Positions 36,874 to 46,557 of a stretch of DNA of 64,000 nucleotides are shown in pieces (position 1 is the stretch's first letter; every line of letters begins with the position of its first letter). The position numbers were made by a program, and so were the translations under genes. Below the pieces are notes generated by a model that worked only from the letters and a program-made list of their open reading frames with translations, did not search any database and was not told where the DNA came from. The DNA comes from an uncultured Candidatus Saccharibacteria bacterium. GTDB lineage: Bacteria > Patescibacteriota > Minisyncoccia > Phycocordibacterales > WO2-35-19. The stretch lies in contig CAZPQX010000004.1 of NCBI GenBank assembly GCA_964589445.1, positions 17,632 through 81,631 on the forward strand, in the 5' to 3' direction.

Positions 36874-36915
36874 ATATGAAAAATGTCGAGTAAAAATACT
36901 CGACATTTTTCATAT
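36874..36915. repeat. Perfect 19-bp stem / 4-nt loop palindrome abutting the tRNA-Arg 3' end
   Basis: atatgaaaaatgtcgagta-aaaa-tactcgacatttttcatat; both arms exactly complementary. Confidence 0.6.
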
Positions 36916-36917
36916 TG

Positions 36918-36989
36918 TGCTCCCGCCAGGAATCGAACCTAGAATAAGGAATTAGAAGTTCCTCGTTATATCCATTTAACTACGGGAGC
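36918..36989 (-). tRNA. tRNA-Arg (anticodon TCT)
   Basis: Hand-folded: acceptor gctcccg/cgggagc, D arm gtta-aatggata-taac, anticodon arm aggaa-cTTCTaa-ttcct, T arm ctagg-ttcgatt-cctgg. No encoded CCA. Confidence 0.8.
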
Positions 36990-37040
36990 GTTTCTTCGTG
37001 CTTGCACCGCGAAGAACTTAAACCTGGGTGAACATCGAAG

Positions 37041-37116
37041 TGGTGCGCGCTGAGGGACTTGAACCCCCGACCTTCCCAGTGTAAATGGGTTGCTCTACCA
37101 ACTGAGCTAAGCGCGC
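37041..37116 (-). tRNA. tRNA-Val (anticodon TAC) with encoded CCA
   Basis: Hand-folded: acceptor gcgcgct/agcgcgc, D arm gctc-agttggta-gagc, anticodon loop ttTACac, T arm ggggg-ttcaagt-ccctc, 3' acca. Confidence 0.8.
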
Positions 37117-37166
37117 GATTTCACGAACCAATATACCATAACATACTTTTATGTCATAGTATACTT

Positions 37167-37934
37167 ATGGAAATTAAAATATTATATGAAGACGAATCTG
37201 TCTTGGCAGTTAACAAGCCATCTGGTCTTTTAGTTCACCCCGATGGTCGGGCTAGTGATTACACCCTGACTCATTGGATAGGCGAAAAATACCCGGAGCT
37301 TGCTGATGTGGGCGAGCTACAGGTGTTACATTCTGGGGGTGTGATAAAACGTCCAGGCATAGTACATAGACTTGATAGAGACACGAGCGGAGTCATTTTG
37401 ATTGCTAAAACAAAAGAATCTCACCAGTTTTTGAAGGAGCAGTTTCAATCTCATAATGTTGAAAAAATATATAACACAGTTGTGTATGGAAAATTTGGCG
37501 AAGATAAACTAGAGGGAATAATTGATCTCGGTATTGGTAGAAGTGCTCATGACTTTAGGAAGTGGATAGCTAATGATGGTAAGGCTTCTGTACAGGGAGA
37601 TGTGAGAGAAGCGCTAACTCAATATAAGGTATTAGCCCAGGGAGAAGTAGAAGGGGCAAATTTTGCCTATGTTGAAGTTAGACCTAAAACTGGCAGGACT
37701 CACCAAATCAGGGTGCATATGAAAGCCGTGGGGCATATTGTGGTTTGTGACAAAGTGTATGCGCCAAAAATGATTTGTGATGGTTCACTTGGTTGCCTTG
37801 GATTTAATAGGTTAGCTCTCCACGCTCTTTCAATTAGTCTTATGCTTCCAAACCATACAATTATAAAGATAGAGTCCGAATTACCACAGGAATTCGAAAA
37901 CGCCAAAAACCTTTTGAAAAATAAAGAAAACTGA
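37167..37934 (+). CDS. RluA family pseudouridine synthase
   Basis: HRLDRDTSGVILIAK (catalytic Asp motif), KPSGLLVHP. The track ORF begins inside tRNA-Val; the real start is the ATG at 37167 (MEIKILYEDE). Confidence 0.8.
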   Translation: MEIKILYEDESVLAVNKPSGLLVHPDGRASDYTLTHWIGEKYPELADVGELQVLHSGGVIKRPGIVHRLDRDTSGVILIAKTKESHQFLKEQFQSHNVEKIYNTVVYGKFGEDKLEGIIDLGIGRSAHDFRKWIANDGKASVQGDVREALTQYKVLAQGEVEGANFAYVEVRPKTGRTHQIRVHMKAVGHIVVCDKVYAPKMICDGSLGCLGFNRLALHALSISLMLPNHTIIKIESELPQEFENAKNLLKNKEN

Positions 37935-37946
37935 TAATATGGGTTT

Positions 37947-40900
37947 ATGTCTCAAGAACCTATAAAAAAATCAGAAGCTGCTGAAAGGGAAGAGCAAATA
38001 CTCAAATTTTGGCAAGAAAATAAAATATTTGAAAAGACTCTCCAAAAACCTTCTCCAAAGGGAGAATTTGTTTTTTATGATGGGCCACCATTTGCAACGG
38101 GACTGCCTCATTATGGTCATATGCTTGCCGGCACAATGAAAGATGTGATTCCTAGGTATAAGACCATGAATGGTTATCATGTAAATCGTGTTTGGGGTTG
38201 GGACTGTCACGGGCTACCAATTGAAAACTTGGTAGAAAAGGAGCTCGGTCTCGAAACGAAAAAAGATATAGAAAAATATGGTATAGATAAATTTAATAAA
38301 GCAGCTAGAGAAAGTGTGCTTCGATATGATGCAGAATGGAAAAAGTTTGTACCTAGGTTTGGAAGGTGGGTTGATATGGATACTCCATACAAAACTATGG
38401 ACTCCAAATATACTGAATCAGTATGGTGGTCTTGGAAGGAGCTTACTCAAAAAAATCTTGTTTACGAAGGATTTAAGGTGATGCCATACTGCCCTCATTG
38501 TGGTACGACCCTCTCCAATTTTGAGGTCAACCAAGGATATAAGGATATTTCTGATATTTCTGTATATGTAAAATTTAAAATAAAAAAATTTCCAAATAGC
38601 TATTTTGTGGCTTGGACCACCACCCCCTGGACTCTTCCGGGCAACACGGCTTTGGCTGTAGGTGCTGAAATAGAATATGTAGAAGTAGAAGTAAAGGATC
38701 AGGTTTTGGTTTTAGCAAAAGAGAAACTTTCTTTAATAAAAGAAGAATACAAAATCCTCGCAACTCATAAGGGTAGTGAAATGGTGGGTATGGAATATGA
38801 ACCAGTCTTTAATTATTTCGAAAGCCAAGATATAAAAAACAAAGAAAATGGATGGAGGGTGGTGGCGGGTGATTTCGTGACCACTGAAGATGGTACGGGC
38901 ATTGTGCATATTGCACCTGCTTTTGGTGGCGATGACTATGAGTTATCACAGAAAGAAAACCTACCGATTATTGTGCATGTTGATCTCGAGGGTAAGATGA
39001 AACCGGAAATCAAAGATTTTGCCGGAATGCTTGTTAAACCAAAGAGTAATGATGAAAAAGAAAGATTGGCGACAGATATTTCAATAATAAGATATTTGCA
39101 GGATAGAGGTAGTTTTTTTGATAAAGAAAAAATAAAACACTCTTATCCTCACTGTTGGAGATGTGATACACCTCTCTTAAACTACGCCACCTCTTCCTGG
39201 TTTATAAAGGTGACTGATCTTAAAGATAAAATGCTCAGTCTAAATTCAAAAGTAAGTTGGGTGCCAAGTGATATTGGGGAAAATAGATTTGGTAAGTGGA
39301 TAGAGGGTGCAAGAGATTGGGCCGTATCAAGGTCGCGTTATTGGGGCGCACCAATACCTGTATGGAAGTGTAACTCGTGCAAAGCGGTAGAAACCCTTGG
39401 TTCTTTTGAAGAACTAAAAAATAAAATCCACAAGAGTGGCAACAAATACTTTACTATACGCCACGGTGAGGCCGAGCAAAATATAAAAGATCTAATAAAT
39501 TCTGAGCTTTCAAACAATATTTATCATTTGACTGAAGAGGGTAGGAAGAGAGTTTTGGAAGCTAGTGAAAATATAAAAAAAGAAAAAATAGATTTTATAA
39601 TCACTTCTCCATTTTTAAGGTGTAAGGAAACTGCTGAGATAGTGCGAGGGGCTTTAGGTCTCGATGCTTCTTGTGTCCAAGAAGACGAGAGGCTTGCTGA
39701 ATTCAAGAAGGGCCCAGGATTTGAAGGTAAAAGTTGGCAAGAATATTGGGGACTGTTCTCTAGCACCAAAGAGAGATTTGAAAAGTCTCCTGACGGTGGA
39801 GAAAATCTTACTGATCTAAATAAAAGAGCAGGAGAATTTATTTATGATTTAGAGAAAAGATACTCAGGAAAAAATATTTTGATTGTGAGTCATCAGGGTC
39901 CTATTGCCTCTATGCATATGATTGCTGAAGGTGCTGATGCCGGTAGATTTATAGAGGCCAAAGAAAAGCAGATTTATACATTTGGTTTTGCTGATTTTAG
40001 AAAATTGGATTTCGCCCCGCTACCTCACAATGAAAATTATGAACTCGATGTGCACCGACCCTTTATTGATGAGGTAAGGTGGTCTTGTGAATGTGGAGGT
40101 GAGTTTGAGAGGATAAAAGAAGTGTTTGATACTTGGTATGACTCTGGTTCGATGCCCTATGCTTCAGTCCATCATCCATTTGAATCAGAAGAAACATTTT
40201 TAGGTAAGAAAAAATTTCCTTTCCCGGCTGATTTTATAGCAGAAGGTTTAGATCAGACGCGAGGTTGGTTTTATACTTTGCTTGTACTAGGCGCGGGTAT
40301 TTTTAGTAAGTCTCCTTACGACAACGTTATAGTAAATGGCATTGTGCTTGCAGAAGATGGTCAGAAAATGAGTAAAAAATTAAAAAACTATCCTGATCCA
40401 ATGGATATGGTCAATAAGTATGGCGCTGATACCATAAGGTATTACATGACAGCTTCTCCTGTCGTTAGGGCAGAAGACTTAGCTTTTTCTGAAAAAGGCT
40501 TGGACGAGGTAAGTAAAAAGCTTATCAAGCGACTAGGGAACGTGTGTGAATTTTATTTAATGTATGGCGATAGTTCTGTGACAGCAAATAATGAGTCTCC
40601 TAAGATAATAGACAGGTGGATTATTTCTCGCTTGAGCCAAGCAGGGAAGGATATAGATATGTACTTAAGTAAATACGAACTTGAAAAAGCTGCTAGGCCG
40701 GTCATGGATTTTGTGGAGGATTTGTCTACTTGGTACTTAAGAAGATCGCGCGACAGATTTAAGGCGGAAGATCAAGAAGAAAAGAAATTTGCTCTCGCTA
40801 CTATGAGGTTTATTTTGCTCGAACTTAGTAAATATATGGCACCTTTCACACCATTTTTTGCGGAAGACTTATATAGAAGTGTAAGGGGTGATAAAGAAAC

Positions 40901-41432
40901 ACAAAGTGTCCATCTTTGCGATTGGCCGGAAGATGTAAAAATAGAAAAAGACGTACTTGAAGGAATGAAGGAGGTAAGGAGGCTCGTCTCTGTTGCTTTA
41001 GAAAAAAGGAATGTCGCCGGAGTGAAGGTTAGACAACCCCTACAAAAAGTGACTCTTAAAAACTTGAAATTTGAAGGCAAAAAAGAATATATCGATTTAA
41101 TACGAGACGAAGTAAATGTAAAGGAAGTTTTGTTTAATGAAAATCTTGAAGAAGAGATAGAGCTGGACACTCTAATAACAGAAGGGCTCAAAAAAGAGGG
41201 GATGGAAAGAGATATTATAAGGCTAATCCAAGAATTAAGAAAAACCAGCAACTTAAACCCTTCCGATTCAAAAAACCTTTTAGTAGATACAGATGAAAAT
41301 GGAAAACGTTTCCTTGAAGATGCAGCAGAAAGAATCAAAACACCTACCAACATAAATAGTTTTATTTTTGAAGCCAACGATGGTCAAGAAAATCTTATCG
41401 AAAATATGAAATTTAAATTCAAGATTAGTTAG
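37947..41432 (+). CDS. ileS: Isoleucyl-tRNA synthetase with an inserted histidine-phosphatase (PGAM-like) domain
   Basis: HIGH-type PFATGLPHYGHML, CP1 editing region, Zn-binding CWRCDTPL, KMSKKL (KMSKS), anticodon-binding C-terminus. 1161 aa versus ~920-1040 for typical IleRS. Extra ~220 aa at nt ~39420-40040 carry RHGEAEQN, SPFLRCKETA and SHQG motifs. Confidence 0.9.
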   Translation: MSQEPIKKSEAAEREEQILKFWQENKIFEKTLQKPSPKGEFVFYDGPPFATGLPHYGHMLAGTMKDVIPRYKTMNGYHVNRVWGWDCHGLPIENLVEKELGLETKKDIEKYGIDKFNKAARESVLRYDAEWKKFVPRFGRWVDMDTPYKTMDSKYTESVWWSWKELTQKNLVYEGFKVMPYCPHCGTTLSNFEVNQGYKDISDISVYVKFKIKKFPNSYFVAWTTTPWTLPGNTALAVGAEIEYVEVEVKDQVLVLAKEKLSLIKEEYKILATHKGSEMVGMEYEPVFNYFESQDIKNKENGWRVVAGDFVTTEDGTGIVHIAPAFGGDDYELSQKENLPIIVHVDLEGKMKPEIKDFAGMLVKPKSNDEKERLATDISIIRYLQDRGSFFDKEKIKHSYPHCWRCDTPLLNYATSSWFIKVTDLKDKMLSLNSKVSWVPSDIGENRFGKWIEGARDWAVSRSRYWGAPIPVWKCNSCKAVETLGSFEELKNKIHKSGNKYFTIRHGEAEQNIKDLINSELSNNIYHLTEEGRKRVLEASENIKKEKIDFIITSPFLRCKETAEIVRGALGLDASCVQEDERLAEFKKGPGFEGKSWQEYWGLFSSTKERFEKSPDGGENLTDLNKRAGEFIYDLEKRYSGKNILIVSHQGPIASMHMIAEGADAGRFIEAKEKQIYTFGFADFRKLDFAPLPHNENYELDVHRPFIDEVRWSCECGGEFERIKEVFDTWYDSGSMPYASVHHPFESEETFLGKKKFPFPADFIAEGLDQTRGWFYTLLVLGAGIFSKSPYDNVIVNGIVLAEDGQKMSKKLKNYPDPMDMVNKYGADTIRYYMTASPVVRAEDLAFSEKGLDEVSKKLIKRLGNVCEFYLMYGDSSVTANNESPKIIDRWIISRLSQAGKDIDMYLSKYELEKAARPVMDFVEDLSTWYLRRSRDRFKAEDQEEKKFALATMRFILLELSKYMAPFTPFFAEDLYRSVRGDKETQSVHLCDWPEDVKIEKDVLEGMKEVRRLVSVALEKRNVAGVKVRQPLQKVTLKNLKFEGKKEYIDLIRDEVNVKEVLFNENLEEEIELDTLITEGLKKEGMERDIIRLIQELRKTSNLNPSDSKNLLVDTDENGKRFLEDAAERIKTPTNINSFIFEANDGQENLIENMKFKFKIS

Positions 41433-41436
41433 TGCT

Positions 41437-42018
41437 ATGTATCACAAGTATCATGTAAAAGGGCTAATCTTGTCATCTTTGGAAGAGGGGCAGGATAATA
41501 AAAGGGTGTGGATGTTGACTGATCACTTGGGTCTCATAAGTGCTAAATCAGTTTCTGGGAGGTCTTTAAGTTCAAAAATGAGACTTGCCATACAAGAATA
41601 CACGCTGGGCAATTTTTCTCTTGTTTATGGTAAGGGTGGCTGGAGACTTGTGGGAGCTTCCTCCGATAAAAATTATTTTGAGTTGATGAGAGGTTATTCT
41701 TTGAAATTGAAAGCATTTCTCAATGTATCTAATCTTTTAAAGAGGCTAGTAATGGAACAGGAAATGGGCAGAGAACTTTTTGATGTGGTCGTGAGTTTCT
41801 TAGATTTTATTTATTCTTCAGAAGAAAAACATGTTTTTTTGGCAGAATGTATTACTGTACTCAGGGTTTTGTATAGGCTTGGATTTTTAGATAAAGATGT
41901 TTCCCCAGATTTATATTTACAGGATGTTGATTTGAAAAATTCTTTTGTTTATTTGCCATATGAAAGTTCATATTTGGTTTCAATAATAAACAAATCTCTT
42001 AAAGAAACAGGGATATAA
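41437..42018 (+). CDS. Hypothetical protein, possibly a short RecO-like recombination mediator
   Basis: N-terminal OB-like segment HVKGLILSSLEEGQDNKRVWMLTDHLGLISAKSVSGRS resembles the RecO N-terminus (...G.VL......E.D.....FT...G...A.A.GA..). Only 193 aa. Confidence 0.35.
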   Translation: MYHKYHVKGLILSSLEEGQDNKRVWMLTDHLGLISAKSVSGRSLSSKMRLAIQEYTLGNFSLVYGKGGWRLVGASSDKNYFELMRGYSLKLKAFLNVSNLLKRLVMEQEMGRELFDVVVSFLDFIYSSEEKHVFLAECITVLRVLYRLGFLDKDVSPDLYLQDVDLKNSFVYLPYESSYLVSIINKSLKETGI

Positions 42019-42037
42019 TTGTGATATAATATTAAAA

Positions 42038-43996
42038 ATGAGTTACGAAGAGGGGGATAAAGAAAAACTTAATAATTTAGAGAATAAGCTCTATTCTAGA
42101 GGTGCCCCAGATATTTTAGATAAGGGCAGGAGTTCTCTTGTAAAAGAAGAAGTCGATCAAGTTGGACTGGTTACTCCTAAGGAAACTATTTGGGGTAATG
42201 CCAAGCCTGGTAAGTTTGATGAAATTTCTGCAAAAATGTCTCACCTAAGCCAAAAAAAAAGTAATTTTATAAACAAACTATTTATTGTTTCTTTGTTATT
42301 TTTTGCTCTAGCTTCTGTCGTTGCTATTTTTGTATTTATAGGCGGCGGCAACTTAGTATCTTCCAAAAATGTAGATATTCTTGTTTTTGGACCAGTTTCA
42401 ATACCGAGCGGCCAAGAAGTTTCTTTTGATATAAATGTTGTAAACAACAACAATACTGACCTTACGAGTGCAGTCCTTTTAGTCGAGTATCCAAACGGTA
42501 CGAGGTCCTCTCTAGATTTATCTAAGGATTTAATCCGCGAGAAGTTTGATATCGGGGTTGTAAAATCAAAAGAAAGTTATAAACAAACAGTAAACCCAGT
42601 CATATTTGGTGATAAGGATGAATTAAGAAATATAAAAATATCTCTTGAATATAGAGTTGAAAATTCAAGTGCTCTTTTTTATAAGGAAAAGAATCACGAG
42701 GTGGTTATAAGTTCTGCTCCTGTGATAATCACACCTATATATCCAAAAGAGATAAATTCAAATCAAGATATTTCATTTGATTTAGAGCTTACGTCAAACT
42801 CAAAAGATAAATTAAGTAATTTGCTAGTAAACTTAGAGTATCCTTTCGGCTTTGTTTTTAAAGGTGCTTCTCCAGAAGCTAGTTTCGGTAATGATGTTTG
42901 GAAAGTATCGAGTCTAAATCCGGGAGAAAAAAAGAAAATTACAATAATAGGGGCCATTATAGGTCAAAACAATGAAGAAAAAGTTTTTAGGATAAAGGTG
43001 GGCACACCAAGTGAAGACGATGAAAGAGTTATTGCTGTAGCTTTTTCTGAAGTCACAGAGACTATTTTGTTAAAGAGATCTTTTATTGAACTCTCGGCAA
43101 AAGTTAATGGGGTGGAGGGTGATGCGGTTGTCCCCGCTAGTGGTGCGGTGAATGTAAATTTAGATGTAAGAAATAACCTCCCATCAAGACTTTTCAATTT
43201 GGTTACAAAGGTGGAATTCAATGGGAGCGCTTTTGATAGGACCGCAGTCTCTCCAAGTAATGGAGGTTTTTTTGAGTCTTCATCAAACAGGATAATTTGG
43301 GACAAAAGGGGCGTGAGTAATTTTGCAGACATGGAGCCAGGGCGTAGTCAGTCTCTAAGTTTTTCATTCACACCTCTTCCCTACGGAAGTATACCAAAGG
43401 GTTCTAAACCACAAGTGGACGTCACTATAACAACCGAGGGAGAGAGGGTCCTTGAGTCTGGTTCTGTGGAGAAAGTTTCAGCAACGGAAACATTTAAAGT
43501 TTCTCTTTCTACCAATATTTATCTTGGGTCAAAAATTTATAGGTCCGAGGGTAATATTGAAAATTATGGTCCGATACCTCCAAAGGCCGACACTCCTACA
43601 AGTTATACAGTGCATTGGTCTCTTGGTAATACTTTTAATCAAGTAAGTAATGTTGAGGTAAGGGCAGAGCTCCCTTTGTATGTTAAGTGGAAGGGTTTAT
43701 ATAGTCCTTCAGGAGAAAAGATTTCTTTCAATTCGGTTACTAATCAAGTGGTGTGGGAAGTAGGTTCTGTTTTGCCTGATACCGGCTCTTCTTCAAAGAG
43801 GGAGGTTTATTTCCAGATTGAGCTTACTCCTAGCATCAATCAAATTGGAAATAGTCCTATGTTGATAGGGGATGCGATGCTTACCGGCATAGACAAGGTA
43901 ACGGGTTTGAAGTTAAATACATCAGCGCGTTCTCTTGATACAAATTTTGGTGGAGATTCTACATTTAGAATTGGTGACGAAAAGGTGTCACAATAA
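42038..43996 (+). CDS. Hypothetical bitopic membrane protein with large beta-rich extracytoplasmic region (652 aa)
   Basis: ~85-aa cytoplasmic N-terminus, TM (LFIVSLLFFALASVVAIFVFIGG), then repetitive beta-strand-like domains. Contains an A9 homopolymer at 42252-42260. Confidence 0.5.
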   Translation: MSYEEGDKEKLNNLENKLYSRGAPDILDKGRSSLVKEEVDQVGLVTPKETIWGNAKPGKFDEISAKMSHLSQKKSNFINKLFIVSLLFFALASVVAIFVFIGGGNLVSSKNVDILVFGPVSIPSGQEVSFDINVVNNNNTDLTSAVLLVEYPNGTRSSLDLSKDLIREKFDIGVVKSKESYKQTVNPVIFGDKDELRNIKISLEYRVENSSALFYKEKNHEVVISSAPVIITPIYPKEINSNQDISFDLELTSNSKDKLSNLLVNLEYPFGFVFKGASPEASFGNDVWKVSSLNPGEKKKITIIGAIIGQNNEEKVFRIKVGTPSEDDERVIAVAFSEVTETILLKRSFIELSAKVNGVEGDAVVPASGAVNVNLDVRNNLPSRLFNLVTKVEFNGSAFDRTAVSPSNGGFFESSSNRIIWDKRGVSNFADMEPGRSQSLSFSFTPLPYGSIPKGSKPQVDVTITTEGERVLESGSVEKVSATETFKVSLSTNIYLGSKIYRSEGNIENYGPIPPKADTPTSYTVHWSLGNTFNQVSNVEVRAELPLYVKWKGLYSPSGEKISFNSVTNQVVWEVGSVLPDTGSSSKREVYFQIELTPSINQIGNSPMLIGDAMLTGIDKVTGLKLNTSARSLDTNFGGDSTFRIGDEKVSQ

Positions 43997-44041
43997 ATAA
44001 AAAACTTGAAGTGCAATGCTTTAGGTGTTAGAAATAAAAAC

Positions 44042-45424
44042 ATGTCACAAGAAAATAAAATGGAAAAGTTGGTTTCTCTCTGTAAGAGGCGAGGTTTTGT
44101 ATTTCAAGGTAGTGATATATATGGGGGAATGGCGGGTCTTTATGATTTCGGTCCATATGGCACAGAGCTTTTGAATAATCTAAAAAGGGAGTGGTGGAAC
44201 GCTCATGTGCAATACCGGGATGATTTTGTAGGTATAGATTCTGCTATGTTTAAAGATCCTAAGGTTTGGGAGGCGTCAGGTCACACAAGTGGCTTTTCCG
44301 ATCCACTTTCAGAATGTAAAAAATGCAATACCAGGATCAGGGTAGATAAAGAGTTAAATAAAATAGGTATAGAAGCTGATGAAAAGATGGGTGAAGAAGA
44401 GCTCGCAAGGATTTTTGATGAAAATAAAAATAAAATATCTTGTCCAAAATGTGGCTCACATGATTTTTCTCCGGCCAGATCTTTCAATTTGCTTGTAAAA
44501 TCAAATTTAGGAGATTTTACGGGAGAGGGAAAAACTCCAGTATATCTTCCTGGTGAAGCATGTCAGGGTATATACTTAAATTTTAAAAATGTAGTGAATT
44601 CAACTAGGATGCAAATACCATTCGGTATTGCTCAAATAGGAAAAGCTTTTAGAAATGAGATATCACCAAGGAATTTTTTGTTCCGTACTCGTGAACTAGA
44701 GCAGGCAGATACACAATACTTTGTTCGTCCAAATGAAAACAAAGTGCAATATGAAAAAATAAAAAAAGATAGGTTTGATTGGTATATAAGTCTCGGTATA
44801 AAACCTGAAAATCTTAAATTTTCTCAACACAAAAATTTAGTTTTTTATGCCAAAGACGCTTGGGATATTGAATACAATTTTCCTACGGGTTTTGATGAGC
44901 TTGAAGGTATTCATGATAGGTCTGATTATGATTTAAGTCAGCACATGAAGTATTCGGGTACAGATTTGAATTACACAGATCCACATACAGGAGAAAAATA
45001 TATCCCGTGGATTTTGGAAACTTCAGTTGGTATGGGTAGGATGTTCCTCGCATTTATTTCGGACGCATACTATGAGGATGAGCTAGGCGGGGAAGCTCGC
45101 ACGGTACTAAAGCTTTCCCCAAAGATTGCTCCTATAAAGGTGGCAGTATTTCCACTACTTAAAAACAAACCACAGCTCTTAGAGAAGGCGAGAGAAGTCT
45201 ATGTAGAATTGAAAAAACATTTTATGTGTGAGTTTGATGATAATGGTAATATTGGTAAAAGATATCGAAGGCAGGATGAAATAGGAACCCCGTTTTGTGT
45301 CACTGTGGATTTCGACACAATAGAAAAAGATGGCACTGTCACAGTGAGAGATAGGGATAGTGGTGAACAGCAAAGAATAAACTCTTCAGAACTTGTTCAT
45401 TACTTCAAAGAAAAGTTGTGCTAA
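44042..45424 (+). CDS. glyQS: Glycyl-tRNA synthetase (alpha2 dimeric type)
   Basis: MSQENKMEKLVSLCKRRGFVFQGSDIYGG... class II motifs and C-terminal anticodon-binding domain. The track ORF starts 12 codons earlier at 44006. Confidence 0.85.
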   Translation: MSQENKMEKLVSLCKRRGFVFQGSDIYGGMAGLYDFGPYGTELLNNLKREWWNAHVQYRDDFVGIDSAMFKDPKVWEASGHTSGFSDPLSECKKCNTRIRVDKELNKIGIEADEKMGEEELARIFDENKNKISCPKCGSHDFSPARSFNLLVKSNLGDFTGEGKTPVYLPGEACQGIYLNFKNVVNSTRMQIPFGIAQIGKAFRNEISPRNFLFRTRELEQADTQYFVRPNENKVQYEKIKKDRFDWYISLGIKPENLKFSQHKNLVFYAKDAWDIEYNFPTGFDELEGIHDRSDYDLSQHMKYSGTDLNYTDPHTGEKYIPWILETSVGMGRMFLAFISDAYYEDELGGEARTVLKLSPKIAPIKVAVFPLLKNKPQLLEKAREVYVELKKHFMCEFDDNGNIGKRYRRQDEIGTPFCVTVDFDTIEKDGTVTVRDRDSGEQQRINSSELVHYFKEKLC

Positions 45425-45434
45425 AATAAAGCGA

Positions 45435-46526
45435 ATGAATCGCTCTCAAGAAGATAAAATAATCCAAATAAGCTCAGGTACCATAATAAAATCCATACTT
45501 ATAGTTTTGGGTTTTGCTGTTATATATTATTTGCGTGACATTGCTCTTGTCGTAGTGCTTGCAATTATAATAGCTTCGGCTGTTGAGCCTGGAGCACAAA
45601 AGTTTTTAAAGTGGGGTGTTCCTAGGATAATTTCTGTTCTATTCTTATATTTTTCTGTTCTTATGATGCTTGTGGGTGTATTTTATTTTCTTTTTCTACC
45701 TCTCCTAAATCAATCAGCAAGCTTCCTCTCTACACTACCTGGGTATTTGGGAGAACTTCAGGTTTGGAATCCTCTCCAGGATAGTGAACTCTTATCATCA
45801 AATTCTGCCATAGAAGGTTTTTCCAAAAACTTTTCTCTTGCACAAATAGTCGATCAGATAAATACCTCCGTTTCTAATTTATCGAATGGTTTCTTTAGTG
45901 CTGCGAGTACTATCTTTGGAGGCGTTCTCAGCTTTATTCTTGTTATAGTATTGTCATTTTATCTTTCAGTTGAAACTGACGGTGTTGGTAAGTTTTTACG
46001 CATTGTTACGCCGTTAAAAAATGAGCAGTATGTTTTAGATTTGTGGAAGAGGTCTCAGTCAAAGATTGGTCTTTGGATGCAAGGTCAGATAATACTTGCT
46101 GTAATCGTGGCTATGCTTGTATTTTTAGGCCTTACTCTTCTTAGGGTTGAAAACGCTCTTCTTCTTGCTGTTATAGCTGGTATATTTGAAATTATACCTC
46201 TATTTGGCCCCATACTTGCTGCGATCCCAGCCGTTACTCTGGCTCTCGTGAGCGATGGTCTTACAAGTGCTCTTCTTGTGATAGGTCTTTATATAATAAT
46301 TCAGCAGTTTGAAAATCAGCTTATTTATCCTCTTGTGGTGAGTAAGATCGTGGGTGTGCCGCCGCTTGTATCTATTTTGGCGCTTATTGTGGGTGGTAAA
46401 CTCGCAGGTTTTGTGGGTATGCTCATTTCTGTCCCTATAGCTACTATGCTTATGGAACTTTTGGATGATGTAGAGAAACATAAAATAGCTCTGTCTCAAA
46501 AAAATAACTCTAAAGAGGCCATCTAA
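45435..46526 (+). CDS. AI-2E family transporter (PerM/UPF0118 permease)
   Basis: 8 TM helices; conserved AI-2E C-terminal region (IPLFGPILAAIPA...QLIYPLVVSK). Start chosen at MNRSQ; the track begins at 45393. Confidence 0.75.
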   Translation: MNRSQEDKIIQISSGTIIKSILIVLGFAVIYYLRDIALVVVLAIIIASAVEPGAQKFLKWGVPRIISVLFLYFSVLMMLVGVFYFLFLPLLNQSASFLSTLPGYLGELQVWNPLQDSELLSSNSAIEGFSKNFSLAQIVDQINTSVSNLSNGFFSAASTIFGGVLSFILVIVLSFYLSVETDGVGKFLRIVTPLKNEQYVLDLWKRSQSKIGLWMQGQIILAVIVAMLVFLGLTLLRVENALLLAVIAGIFEIIPLFGPILAAIPAVTLALVSDGLTSALLVIGLYIIIQQFENQLIYPLVVSKIVGVPPLVSILALIVGGKLAGFVGMLISVPIATMLMELLDDVEKHKIALSQKNNSKEAI

Positions 46527-46557
46527 ACTTATTCCAAAATTGTGATATATTTGGAGG

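Noticed and set aside
40772-41377. 201-aa minus-strand ORF inside ileS
   Set aside because: Antisense to the conserved IleRS anticodon-binding region; Ser/Phe/Leu-rich shadow ORF.
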